Of a stretch of DNA of 64,000 nucleotides, positions 50,194 to 59,360 are shown one piece after another. Below the pieces are notes generated by a model. It did no database searches, was not told the origin of the DNA, and was given only the letters and a program-made list of their open reading frames with translations. The stretch covers positions 320,001 through 384,000 of the forward strand of contig OY729416.1 in the NCBI GenBank assembly GCA_963422265.1, read 5' to 3'. Each line of letters starts with the position of its first letter. Within the stretch, counting starts at the first letter, position 1. Source of the DNA: Thermodesulfobacteriota bacterium (GTDB lineage: Bacteria; Desulfobacterota_D; UBA1144; Nemesobacterales; UBA2774). A program made the translations under genes and the position numbers.

Positions 50194-50778
50194 ATGGAGA
50201 AGGAAGCCAATCAAATTGATCATATCGTTTCTAAACTCGGAGAAAAGATAAAGCTACTCCGTATTGAAAAGAGTTTATCTCTAAGGGATTTGTCTAGTAA
50301 ATCTGGAATCTCTGCTGCGGCTATACACAAGTTGGAGTCAAATGGTATGACTCCAACTATTACTACTATGATGAAAATAGCCGATGCGCTAGAAAGAAAC
50401 GTCAGTTATTTCATAGAGGAAGAAGGGAACAAGGACGTTGTATTTATTCCTGTGACTAAGCGAGAACCTATTCTGACTTTTAAGAAAGGGCTAGACTTAA
50501 AAGGTATTTCAGCGAAACAATACGGTGATTTTATTATGACGGCGGCTTACGCAACGGTAGAAGTAGGAGCGTCTAGCGGACGGACGCCGATGCAGCACCG
50601 AGGTGAGGAGTTGATCTATTGTCTTAGGGGCAAGATAGAGTTCAGTGTGCAGGATGAGGTCTATGTTTTAGATCCGGGGGACAGTATAAATTTCAGGACA
50701 AACTTAAAGCATAGGTGGAAAAATATCGGGGATAGGCAAGCAAAGTTAATATGGGTACTCGCAGTTCCGCCTTCGTGA
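50194..50778 (+). CDS. XRE-family HTH plus cupin transcriptional regulator (PuuR/SutR-like)
   Basis: LGEKIKLLR..K.LSL.DL...SGIS....KLE HTH; H.GEE...G...L.PGDSI.F....H.W.N cupin. Confidence 0.9.
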   Translation: MEKEANQIDHIVSKLGEKIKLLRIEKSLSLRDLSSKSGISAAAIHKLESNGMTPTITTMMKIADALERNVSYFIEEEGNKDVVFIPVTKREPILTFKKGLDLKGISAKQYGDFIMTAAYATVEVGASSGRTPMQHRGEELIYCLRGKIEFSVQDEVYVLDPGDSINFRTNLKHRWKNIGDRQAKLIWVLAVPPS

Positions 50779-50816
50779 GCGGCGTGTGAGCGAATGAAAG
50801 GGAGAATGCTCTAGAA

Positions 50817-52097
50817 TTGAACAAATCGAAACAAGAGTACATGGCAGACCTAATTAGAGACGCAAACGCACTCGCTATGAAGAATATATTATCTGCCGAG
50901 CCTGTGGTTGCAGATGTAGATACTGCACTTAACGTAATACCGGGAATGGATAGCAACGTGATACTTCATTCGGGACCGCCTATCAGTTGGCAGAGAATGT
51001 GTGACCCGATGAAAAGAGCAGTTAGGGGGGCTTTAATGTTTGAGGGGCTTGCGAGAGACGATCTTGAAGCGGAAAGGCTTATGAGATCAAATAAAATAAA
51101 GCTCTCTCCCAACCACCACTGTAATTCTGTTGGTCCCATGACGGGAGTCGTATCGGCTTCTATGCCCGTTATTATTACAAAGGACTTAACTCATGGGAAC
51201 AAGGCTTATTCTACGTTTAACGAAGGTGGAGGAAGGGCGTTGTGGTTTGGTGCTGTCGAAAAAGAGACAATAGAGAGACTTAGGTTTATCAGGGACGTCT
51301 TCGGTCCCGTCATGCAAAGGGTAATTAAGAAAATAGGGGATATACCTATATGGGGCATATTAGCACAGGGGATTCAGATGGGAGATGAATGTCACAATAG
51401 GCATACTGCATCTACCAACATATTTGTAAAAAGTATTATAGAGCCTCTTTTTTCTTTGAAAATCTCAACGGCTCGTGCTCTTCAAGTTTACAGGTTCATT
51501 GCAGGAAACAGCCATTTTTTTCTCAATATAACTATGACTGGATGCAAGCTCGCAATGGACTCGGCAAAAAATATACCTAATTCAACAATTGTAACGACGA
51601 TGTCACGAAATGGCACTGATTTTGGGATTAGGGTCAGTGGTCTTGGGGACAAGTGGTTTACTTATAGCGCCCCTTATTTACGTGACGCGCTCTACAATCC
51701 GGGCTACGACTATGAAGACGGCGCTCCAGATATAGGTGATAGCTCAATAATTGAGACAATGGGTCTTGGGGGATTCGTAATTGCTGCCGCACCTTCAATG
51801 GCTTCTTTTGCTGGAGGCGGATTTCAGGAAGCGGTTAATATAACAAGAGAAATGAGCCAGATAACGTCTTCTAAGAACCCTAAGTTTGGTATTACGTCAT
51901 TAAACTTTGACGGCGCTCCGACTGGCATAGACATTCGTAAAGTTGTTGAAACTGGGATATTGCCAAGTATAAATAGCGCCGTTGTTCATAAAAGCTCCGG
52001 GTCAGGGCAAATAGGTGCGGGGATAGTTCATGCTCCTTATGAGTGTTTTGTGAAAGCAGTTAAGGCATTTGGCGATAAATATAATCTGCACGCATGA
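50817..52097 (+). CDS. ylbE: DUF1116 (YlbE/YahG, AllG-like) carbamoyltransferase subunit
   Basis: ILHSGPPI.W..M..PM..A..GA..FEG, VGPM.G, NEG, MGDECHNR, HFFLN, SRNG..FG, PDIGDS.I.E..GLG and GQIGAG motifs. Confidence 0.85.
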   Translation: MNKSKQEYMADLIRDANALAMKNILSAEPVVADVDTALNVIPGMDSNVILHSGPPISWQRMCDPMKRAVRGALMFEGLARDDLEAERLMRSNKIKLSPNHHCNSVGPMTGVVSASMPVIITKDLTHGNKAYSTFNEGGGRALWFGAVEKETIERLRFIRDVFGPVMQRVIKKIGDIPIWGILAQGIQMGDECHNRHTASTNIFVKSIIEPLFSLKISTARALQVYRFIAGNSHFFLNITMTGCKLAMDSAKNIPNSTIVTTMSRNGTDFGIRVSGLGDKWFTYSAPYLRDALYNPGYDYEDGAPDIGDSSIIETMGLGGFVIAAAPSMASFAGGGFQEAVNITREMSQITSSKNPKFGITSLNFDGAPTGIDIRKVVETGILPSINSAVVHKSSGSGQIGAGIVHAPYECFVKAVKAFGDKYNLHA

Positions 52098-52139
52098 TAA
52101 ACGTAGGATTGGTTAAATGAAACGGACGGCAAGTGACAA

Positions 52140-53699
52140 ATGACAATAGTAAATACGGTTAAAAGAAATAATTATCAGGACTCAATGAAGCTCATGCAGA
52201 TTAGTCGGGAGCTTAAATCTATGTCTGGGGTTATAAGTGCGTCCGCGATAATGGCGACCGAGGCTAATTTGGCGATGTTAAAGGAGGCGGGCTTGATTGA
52301 AAATATCCCCGAGTTAGTTACGGCTAATGATTTAATTGTAGCCATTAAAGCTCAATCCGATGAGGTTGCGAAGGAAGCTATAAGTGAATTGGACTCCCTT
52401 ATAAAGCCTACTGGTTCAACTCTCTCATCGAACTTAGAATATAAGAATTTCGGTTTGGCTTTTAACTCGCTGATTGGGGCTAACCTCACGGTTATTTCCG
52501 TGCCTGGGGAATATGCAAAACTAGAGGTTGCTAAGGCGATTGATAGTGGGCTTCATACGTTTCTGTTCAGTGATAACCTAACGGTTGAGGAAGAGATAGA
52601 GCTGAAGCAAAGAGCTAGGGATAAAGGGCTCTTGGTTATGGGCCCTGGATGTGGAACAGCATTGATAGATGGTATTGGCATAGGATTTGCCAACTTTATC
52701 AATAAAGGCCCAATTGGCGTGATTGCCGCCTCTGGGACGGGGCTTCAAGAGATCACCTGCCTTATTAATAATTTTGGATCAGGCATCACTCACGGAATTG
52801 GAGTTGGGGGAAGGGATTTATCTGAGGAAGTAGGGGGAATTATGACCTTAGAAGCAATAAGGATGCTTAAAAACGATGATAATACAGAGGCACTTGTAAT
52901 TGTTTCTAAACCCCCATCTCGCAGAGTTGCAGATATGGTTGTGTCCGCGGTTAGGGATTCGGGAATGCCGTCCGTTGTTTGCTTTTTGGGCAGCGATCTG
53001 ACTACTCAAGATGGACATATTTATTTTACTTCCAACTTGGAGGATGCAGCCCTTAGCGTAGTCGGACTAACTACAAAGACTGATATGAAGCAAAACCTAA
53101 ACTTAGATAAAGAGTTGTGGGGGCGGGCGAAGGAAATGGTAGAGTCTTTTGATTCTAAGCAGAAGTATATAAGGGGGTTATATTCGGGGGGCACGCTTTG
53201 TTATGAAGCCCAACAAATACTTACTCCAATTCTAGGAACAATATATTCAAATGCCCCACTCAATAAAAAGCACAAACTTAAAGATTCAAGATTGAGCGTG
53301 CGAAACTCCTGTATAGACCTGGGAGAAGAGGAATTCACGATAGGGCGTCCACATCCGATGATAGACGCAGGTTTGAGGGTAGAGAGACTAATAACCGAGT
53401 CGAGTAAACCAGAAGTTGCGGTCATATTATTCGACGTGGTACTAGGCTACGTGGCGAGCTCTGACCCCGCTGGTGATTTGGTATTAGCAATTAGGGATGC
53501 TAGAAGTTTGGCGAGAAAAAGAGGGAAGAACATTGCATTTGTTTCTCACGTGTGTGGCACTGAAAATGATCCGCAGTGCCTACGAGAACAAGAACAAAAG
53601 TTAAAGGAAGAAGGAGTTCTTGTATTTCCGACCAACGCTCTTGCTGCAAGAATCGCCGGGTGGATTGTAAAAAGGGGTGAGGTGGACAAGTATGAATAA
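52140..53699 (+). CDS. fdrA: FdrA (AllF-like) acyl-CoA synthetase-fold protein lacking the short C-terminal domain
   Basis: YQDSM.LM, MATE.N, ISVPG.YA, FSDN, MGPGCGT, ASGTG.QE, GGRDL, GLYSGGTL.YEA, GRPHPMID and GTE.DPQ motifs. Confidence 0.88.
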   Translation: MTIVNTVKRNNYQDSMKLMQISRELKSMSGVISASAIMATEANLAMLKEAGLIENIPELVTANDLIVAIKAQSDEVAKEAISELDSLIKPTGSTLSSNLEYKNFGLAFNSLIGANLTVISVPGEYAKLEVAKAIDSGLHTFLFSDNLTVEEEIELKQRARDKGLLVMGPGCGTALIDGIGIGFANFINKGPIGVIAASGTGLQEITCLINNFGSGITHGIGVGGRDLSEEVGGIMTLEAIRMLKNDDNTEALVIVSKPPSRRVADMVVSAVRDSGMPSVVCFLGSDLTTQDGHIYFTSNLEDAALSVVGLTTKTDMKQNLNLDKELWGRAKEMVESFDSKQKYIRGLYSGGTLCYEAQQILTPILGTIYSNAPLNKKHKLKDSRLSVRNSCIDLGEEEFTIGRPHPMIDAGLRVERLITESSKPEVAVILFDVVLGYVASSDPAGDLVLAIRDARSLARKRGKNIAFVSHVCGTENDPQCLREQEQKLKEEGVLVFPTNALAARIAGWIVKRGEVDKYE

Positions 53700-54654
53700 A
53701 GTTAATGAAACCAACAAGAGAACCGCCATCGTCGCTTTCGGGGGTAACGCTCTTATGGGAAAGGATGGAAATAGCCCCTACGTTGAGCAGATGAGGAAGA
53801 CCGATGTTATGTGTAATAAGCTCCTAAGCCTTTTTAACATGGGTTATAGAGTATTGATTACCCATGGTAATGGACCTCAGGTCGGCAATTTCCTAATGCA
53901 GCAAGAGAATCTAGCTGCAAACGTTCCTCCTCTACCGCTTGACGCATGTAACGCCATGACCCAGGGGCAAATCGGTTATATGATTGAGCAAAGTCTCAGA
54001 AATACGTTCACAAGAAACAAGATAAACAAGCCAATAATCGTTTTGATAACACAGATTGTTGTTTCAGAAGATGACCCTGCTTTTAACGAGCCTACAAAGT
54101 TTATAGGACCGTTTTTTAATAGGCAGCAAAGTGAGAAGCTAAGTAGAGAAGAAGGATGGCTTATGAGAGAGGACTCGGGGCGTGGATACAGACGTATTGT
54201 AGCTTCCCCTAAGCCAATAGATATAATAGAAAAAGAAGAGATAATGGAAATGACAAATAGAGATTTTGTCGTCATAGCTTGTGGCGGGGGAGGAATTCCT
54301 GTGGTTCGTGATAAGAGAAATATGCTTAGGGGCGTGGCAGCTGTTATTGATAAGGATTTTGCTGCCGAAAAAATAGGTAGCTACATGAGAGCAGAAGTTC
54401 TCTTGCTCGTTACGCCCGTCGAGCAAGTGGCAATTAATTACGGGACTCCTAAGCAAAAAGATTTATCTAAAGTTACGCTTGAAGAAGCGGAGCACTATCT
54501 CTCAGAAGGGCATTTTGCCCTGGGAAGCATGGGACCTAAAATTGAAGCTGCTATACAATTTATTCGTTCAGGTGGGGATAAAGTAGTAATAACGTCTATT
54601 GACAATATAGAATCAGCAATAAACGGAGGAGCGGGAACGGAGATAACCCGATAA
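53692..54654 (+). CDS. arcC: Carbamate kinase
   Basis: AFGGNAL, THGNGPQVG, PTKFIGP, GYRRIV.SP.P, GGGGIPV, AVIDKD and GSMGPK motifs; probable ATG 53692 overlapping the fdrA stop. Confidence 0.94.
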   Translation: MNKVNETNKRTAIVAFGGNALMGKDGNSPYVEQMRKTDVMCNKLLSLFNMGYRVLITHGNGPQVGNFLMQQENLAANVPPLPLDACNAMTQGQIGYMIEQSLRNTFTRNKINKPIIVLITQIVVSEDDPAFNEPTKFIGPFFNRQQSEKLSREEGWLMREDSGRGYRRIVASPKPIDIIEKEEIMEMTNRDFVVIACGGGGIPVVRDKRNMLRGVAAVIDKDFAAEKIGSYMRAEVLLLVTPVEQVAINYGTPKQKDLSKVTLEEAEHYLSEGHFALGSMGPKIEAAIQFIRSGGDKVVITSIDNIESAINGGAGTEITR

Positions 54655-54680
54655 GCGTACGAGGATTTATGGGACGGATG

Positions 54681-54710
54681 TTCATCTCCTTATTTCGAAA
54701 TAGGAATGAA
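54681..54710. terminator. Hairpin between carbamate kinase and the DsrE-like gene
   Basis: Imperfect inverted repeat ttcat-ctcct-tatttc/gaaata-gga-atgaa. Confidence 0.4.
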
Positions 54711-54725
54711 GGAGTCTAAAAAAGA

Positions 54726-54759
54726 TTGAACTTACTCTCTGTTTATAATATAATGAACT
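54726..54759 (+). promoter_or_regulatory. Internal sigma70 promoter with an overlapping putative operator
   Basis: TTGAAC (54726), a 17-nt spacer, then TATAAT (54749). The overlapping ATAATATAATGAACT resembles AATATAGTGAAT at 48724. Confidence 0.65.
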
Positions 54760-54870
54760 AAAAGGGGTTTTTGATCTAAACGCTTGAAATGAAAAGTATA
54801 GAAGTTTTTAACGGCGGCGGTGTTTTTTTTGCAAATTAGCAAATAATATATAGATAGGAGGTATTGTGCT

Positions 54871-55362
54871 ATGGCGGTAGATAGAATAAAGGCCGATAGG
54901 CCAGAAGTAGGAAAACCTTTGGTTAACTACGAGGAAAAGCTTTTCCCCGATCATAAGGCGAGAGAGGGAGAGAAGGCGCTGTTCCTTGTGCACTCAGTTC
55001 CTTACGAAGGTTCAGTAGCAGGTATCAATATGCTAACTGCCATAAGGACGAAGAGAAAGGGATACGACACGAAGGTTCTTTTCTATGGACCTGCATCGGC
55101 GATACCTGTATATAGAGGTTGGCCGAACGTAGGAGACGACGGTTACGGAGCGGGTATTCAGCTTTATCCCAATCTTGTAAACAGGATGCTAGGTGAAGGT
55201 ATAACGGTTTATGCCTGCCGTTTTTCGGCGGCGGCTCTTCTAGGTATGAACGAGTCAAGCTTTATTGAGGGTGTAATACCTATTCACCCAACTGATATAT
55301 TAGATATTGTAATAGAGCATCATAGAGCGGGTGCATTGGTGTTTAATACTTGGACTATGTAA
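54871..55362 (+). CDS. DsrE-like MSMEG_0572/Sll0783 family protein (Nit1C)
   Basis: VNYEEKLFPD.KA..GEKAL...H.VP.EGS....N.L.A.R..RKG..T..L.YGP, GWP.VGD and VYACRF motifs; AGGAGG RBS. Confidence 0.88.
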   Translation: MAVDRIKADRPEVGKPLVNYEEKLFPDHKAREGEKALFLVHSVPYEGSVAGINMLTAIRTKRKGYDTKVLFYGPASAIPVYRGWPNVGDDGYGAGIQLYPNLVNRMLGEGITVYACRFSAAALLGMNESSFIEGVIPIHPTDILDIVIEHHRAGALVFNTWTM

Positions 55363-55478
55363 ATTTTAGCGCTCGTCTTTATCGATAACCTGCGGATAAG
55401 CTAAGCAACTTATGCTGAAGCACGATAATCCGTTCTTATTTATGGTTTGCGCATAAATAAACTCTGGGGGGGGGTAAG

Positions 55479-56609
55479 ATGGACTCAAGGACCCTTAAAG
55501 TAGAGTTGCAGAGTCGTGGTCTAAGGATTGCTGACACAAAAAACATTAGGAGAGGCGGGGCTGGTCCTACAGGTGGAATACATTTAAGGATTCTTCCCGA
55601 CAGCGAGGCGAATATTCCAGTTGTAGGAGACTTTGTTAATTCTTCTCCCTACTACTTGGATCAAATCAACGGTGAGCACTGGATATTCAAAGATGAAGTC
55701 GCTTTGGCTCAGGTAGAGCCTATGGGCAACGGCAAGTTCACTGAACACAAAACCTCAATGGGCGTGCCGATGCAGAAGGTTGGCATACTTCACTGTCCAA
55801 CCACCTTTGCCACTACGCTTCTTCAGACCTGTGATTTCTGGCAGGACGAGAGGAGATGCAAGTTTTGTGGTATAGAACTTACGTTGAGAGACAGAAGCAC
55901 GGTTGGATTTAAGAATGCAAGGAGCCTTGTTGAAACAATATCAATCGCTAAGGAATTGGACGGCATATCAAATATCGTATTTACTTCGGGAGTAGCACCG
56001 GATGAGGAGAAAGCTCTGAAAAAATACGCTGAGATATGCTCTGCGGTAAAAAAGGCAACCGAGCTACCAATTCAGTTACAGATTATTCCTCCGGATGACT
56101 TTGCATGGTTTAAGAGGCTAAAGGATTCCGGCGTAGATGCGCTTGGCATTCATATTGAGACCTTTGATCCGGAGGTCTTTGAAAAAATAACGCCCGGAAA
56201 GGCAGGTATAGGCTTTGACAGATATGTAGAGGCTTGGAAGGAAGCCGTTAAGGTATTCGGGAGATGGCAGGTGAGCACTTACGTCCTTGTGGGGATGGGT
56301 GAGAAGTTAGAAACGGTGATGGAGGGCGCGGAGCTGTGCGCTGAGATAGGGGTTTATCCATTTATTGTTCCTTTCAGGCCGGTAGCGGGCACTCCAATGG
56401 AGAATATGAAGCCCCCTAGCCCGGAGACTATGGACTACGTCTATACGGAGGCGGCAAAAGTGCTAGCTCAATATGAGCAGGCATCTAAGAGCAGCCTAGC
56501 AGGTTGCGTCAGTTGTGGTGAGTGCTCTGCGCTTCCTGATTTTGAGAGGGTAGCGGTTAAAAGTAACGTAAAATTCAGAAAGTTCACTAAACGGATGAAA
56601 TTAAGTTAA
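55479..56609 (+). CDS. Radical SAM enzyme, MSMEG_0568/Sll0785 (Nit1C) family
   Basis: ELQS.GLR, RRGGAGP, LH....ATT.LQTC(X8)CKFCGI, GIH.E.FD, VFG..QVSTY, GVYPF.VPF.P..GT and C-terminal AGC..CG.CS motifs. Confidence 0.9.
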   Translation: MDSRTLKVELQSRGLRIADTKNIRRGGAGPTGGIHLRILPDSEANIPVVGDFVNSSPYYLDQINGEHWIFKDEVALAQVEPMGNGKFTEHKTSMGVPMQKVGILHCPTTFATTLLQTCDFWQDERRCKFCGIELTLRDRSTVGFKNARSLVETISIAKELDGISNIVFTSGVAPDEEKALKKYAEICSAVKKATELPIQLQIIPPDDFAWFKRLKDSGVDALGIHIETFDPEVFEKITPGKAGIGFDRYVEAWKEAVKVFGRWQVSTYVLVGMGEKLETVMEGAELCAEIGVYPFIVPFRPVAGTPMENMKPPSPETMDYVYTEAAKVLAQYEQASKSSLAGCVSCGECSALPDFERVAVKSNVKFRKFTKRMKLS

Positions 56610-56639
56610 TTAAAAGTTTTTTAAGGGGTTAAAAGCTAT

Positions 56640-57971
56640 ATGGCTAAAGTGAAAATTGTTGTTATCGGGGGTGGTGCAGGTGGAATCTCTGCGGCATCTA
56701 CGTCTAAGGGTCTTCTACCTAACGCCTCGGTTACCTTGTTTACTGAATTTGAAGACGTTGCGTATAGTCCTTGCGGAATTCCTTTTGTTCTGGGTAAGGA
56801 AATACCTAGCTTTGAAAATCTCTTTCTTCAAACATCTGAGCATTATGCAAAGATTGGCATTGATCTTAAGCTCCAAACCAGGGTTACAGGGATAAATCTT
56901 GAAAATAGGACGGTAAGCGTAGGCTCTCAGACGTTTGAATGGGAAAAGCTCATAATAGCGACTGGGTTTGAATACGACGAGCCAGATATCCCTGGCATTC
57001 ATCTTAAAGGAGTTAAATATGTAAAGAATATTAGAAGAGCAATGGAGTTTGATAAAGAACTTGAAAATATGAAAAGGGCGATTGTCACGTGTGCGACCCC
57101 CCTTGGTATAGAAATGGCTGGAAACCTTGCGCACAGAGGGCTTGAGACTCATCTAGTTGACGAAGGAGCATGGCTTATGTCAGAGGTTGCTGACCCTGAT
57201 ATTATGGAGCCTGTTAAGGAATCCCTCGAGAAGATGGGTGTACAGATTCATTTCGGCACAAAGGTTCTTGAATTTCAAGGCTCTAGTGGAAAAGTCAATA
57301 GAGTTGTGACGAGCGAGGGTGAAATAGGTGCTGACGTAGTTGTGATCGCATCGCATAAAAAGCCGAATAACCGTCTGTCACGAGAAGCCGGGATAAGTCT
57401 GGGGGCAACCGGCGGTATAGTAGTTGACGATCACATGCGAACTTCAGTGGAGAATGTTTACGCGGCGGGTGACTGCACGGAGATTATTCACGGCGTAACG
57501 GAAATACCGATACAGGGGCTTTCGGGAAGTCATGCCTACTCACAGGGACGGGTTGCGGGTGCAAACGCCGCAGGACAGAACCGTTCATACGATCCAGTTT
57601 TTATTCCATGGGGCATGGTTGGAGGACAGGTTCAAATTGGTGGTGTATCAATGGGAGAGACGCTTCATAAAGCACTCGGAATACCTCATATCGTTGCCTA
57701 TTCAGTGGGAATATCAAGAGCAAGATATTACCCAGGGGTTACCAGGATACGGGTAAAGCTCATAGCTGACCCCAAGACTGGTCGCGTATTGGGTGCTCAG
57801 ATGGCTGGGGGAGAAGGGATTAAAGAAAGGGCTGACTTCTTAGCCTTTGTCATTAAGCGTGGAGTGACTATTGACGAGCTCGCTTGGATGGAGAACGTAT
57901 ATTCACCGCCTATAGGGGCGTTAATGGAACCAATTGCTTTGGCAGCCCAGGCGGGGCTAGGCAAGCTATGA
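56640..57971 (+). CDS. Flavoprotein disulfide reductase of NADH oxidase / CoA-(per)sulfide reductase type
   Basis: FAD-binding GGGAGG, redox Cys in YSPCG, IIATG, YAAGDC, GAQ and YSPP. The NAD(P)H-binding glycine motif is replaced by TCATPLGIE. Confidence 0.85.
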   Translation: MAKVKIVVIGGGAGGISAASTSKGLLPNASVTLFTEFEDVAYSPCGIPFVLGKEIPSFENLFLQTSEHYAKIGIDLKLQTRVTGINLENRTVSVGSQTFEWEKLIIATGFEYDEPDIPGIHLKGVKYVKNIRRAMEFDKELENMKRAIVTCATPLGIEMAGNLAHRGLETHLVDEGAWLMSEVADPDIMEPVKESLEKMGVQIHFGTKVLEFQGSSGKVNRVVTSEGEIGADVVVIASHKKPNNRLSREAGISLGATGGIVVDDHMRTSVENVYAAGDCTEIIHGVTEIPIQGLSGSHAYSQGRVAGANAAGQNRSYDPVFIPWGMVGGQVQIGGVSMGETLHKALGIPHIVAYSVGISRARYYPGVTRIRVKLIADPKTGRVLGAQMAGGEGIKERADFLAFVIKRGVTIDELAWMENVYSPPIGALMEPIALAAQAGLGKL

Positions 57972-58030
57972 TATTCATAATTGATAATCATATTCTGAAC
58001 TTTTATACTGCTGGCTTGTGGAGACCATAA

Positions 58031-58279
58031 ATGGCATTCGGGCAATGGTTGAGAGAGAGTGCTGAGAGATACCTGCTTCAGGCAGCTAGCGATGAAATGA
58101 TTTCTCAATATCCGGGATGCTGCGCCAAACCCTATAGAGATGGTCAATCTCAATCTTTTTTCTGGCGGAAGATATTTGTGCCCGCGTATTTGATAATTCC
58201 TTGGAGTCTCCGCAGGAGGCTGATTATCTACTCTTCATATTCAGGTAGGAAGCGTCCACAATGGAAAAAATATACTTAG
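58031..58279 (+). CDS. Small hypothetical protein within the cluster (82 aa, Trp/Arg-rich C-terminus)
   Basis: GGAG RBS; co-oriented and fills the gap between the oxidoreductase and DUF2877 genes. Confidence 0.65.
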   Translation: MAFGQWLRESAERYLLQAASDEMISQYPGCCAKPYRDGQSQSFFWRKIFVPAYLIIPWSLRRRLIIYSSYSGRKRPQWKKYT

Positions 58280-58301
58280 AGGGCTTGGCATCACACGTAG
58301 T

Positions 58302-59360
58302 TTGCCTAATTTACCGTATAGAATACTAGCGCGAGTTACTACGCTTCCCACTCAAATGAAAAGAGAAGATAAAAGGCGTTCCTATAATGTGCAGGCGGGG
58401 TTTATTGGATGTAAGGTTATTCCTGCGTTGCATAGGTCTTATAAGAATTTATGCGTTCATAGTATATTTAACCACGCTTTATATTTAAGTACTCAAGATC
58501 ACGTTTTAATCAAAGTGATAAAGGATAAAGATTATCTGAGCCCTACTTCTTTAGCGTTAAGAGGGGCCGGTGATTTCAGTTTTAACTTAGCCCAGGTGGA
58601 GCAAGGAACGGAAATCATATTTAACGAGAATGGACTTACCTCTAAAGGCAATCTTTTTACAATTGATTTTAAGGGGGCTTCTACCTACGACTCACCCCGG
58701 TTTTCTACAAAGTGCAAGAAATTGAGCGTAGAAGAAATCAGTTTAAACCTTAGAATTTTGCAGGATGTAAGCTATACGTGCCCGTCAAAAGAAGGACTAG
58801 TTCCTCTCTTAGAAAATGTTGAGTTATACGGACCTCTCGAAGTGTTTGCGCGAAAACAGAAGCCAACCTTATCCGAAAATTCCAGACCTTATATAGATAT
58901 GCTAATGTGGGGGCTATATGGGAGAGACGTCGGCATGGCAATGAGGGGTGCGGGAGCGATTATCGGACTCGGACCCGGGCTTACTCCTTCGTGTGATGAT
59001 TTCTTGACAGGTCTCATTCTAAGTCTCAATTTGGGAGGACCCGTTCTTTTTAGAAACGAGACGATTACAGTCGATTTCTTTAAGAGAGTATCCAAAGAAA
59101 TTTGTATGGTGGCTCGGAACAAAACAACTATCTATAGCCTGAACTCACTAAGAGAAGCGGTGATTGGGGAGGGAACTAACAATGCTGTCGAGCTTATTTA
59201 CGGCATCATTGCAGAGTGCCCTAAACGCGTGGCAGATTTGTCAAAGAGGCTAGTTAAGATGGGGGAGACTACTGGAGCCGATATGGCTGTTGGAATCTGC
59301 TATGGAATTAGGTTGTTGACTTCAATTATTGAACTCAGAGAATTAAATGAATACGCATAG
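58302..59360 (+). CDS. ylbF: DUF2877 (YlbF/YahE, AllH-like) carbamoyltransferase subunit
   Basis: VHSIF..A.Y, IIGLGPGLTPSCDDFL.G, TT..S...L and G.TTG.D...G motifs; start TTG 58302 or ATG 58356. Confidence 0.82.
   Translation: MPNLPYRILARVTTLPTQMKREDKRRSYNVQAGFIGCKVIPALHRSYKNLCVHSIFNHALYLSTQDHVLIKVIKDKDYLSPTSLALRGAGDFSFNLAQVEQGTEIIFNENGLTSKGNLFTIDFKGASTYDSPRFSTKCKKLSVEEISLNLRILQDVSYTCPSKEGLVPLLENVELYGPLEVFARKQKPTLSENSRPYIDMLMWGLYGRDVGMAMRGAGAIIGLGPGLTPSCDDFLTGLILSLNLGGPVLFRNETITVDFFKRVSKEICMVARNKTTIYSLNSLREAVIGEGTNNAVELIYGIIAECPKRVADLSKRLVKMGETTGADMAVGICYGIRLLTSIIELRELNEYA

Noticed and set aside
50817-54654. Ordinary allantoin degradation or arginine deiminase operon
   Set aside because: No allantoinase, allantoate amidohydrolase, ureidoglycolate dehydrogenase, arginine deiminase or ornithine carbamoyltransferase in the window. 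They could exist elsewhere in the genome.
54755-54870. Riboswitch (for example guanidine class) in the leader of the DsrE-like gene
   Set aside because: I could not identify the conserved stems or sequence motifs; only a short GC patch before a T run is present. An Rfam/Infernal scan would settle it.
44200-58279. RiPP/PQQ-like cluster (M16 protease, radical SAM and small ORF)
   Set aside because: The M16 gene is convergent with and outside the cluster. The rSAM is of the MSMEG_0568 type with no SPASM or RRE/PqqD domain, and no leader-core precursor is evident.
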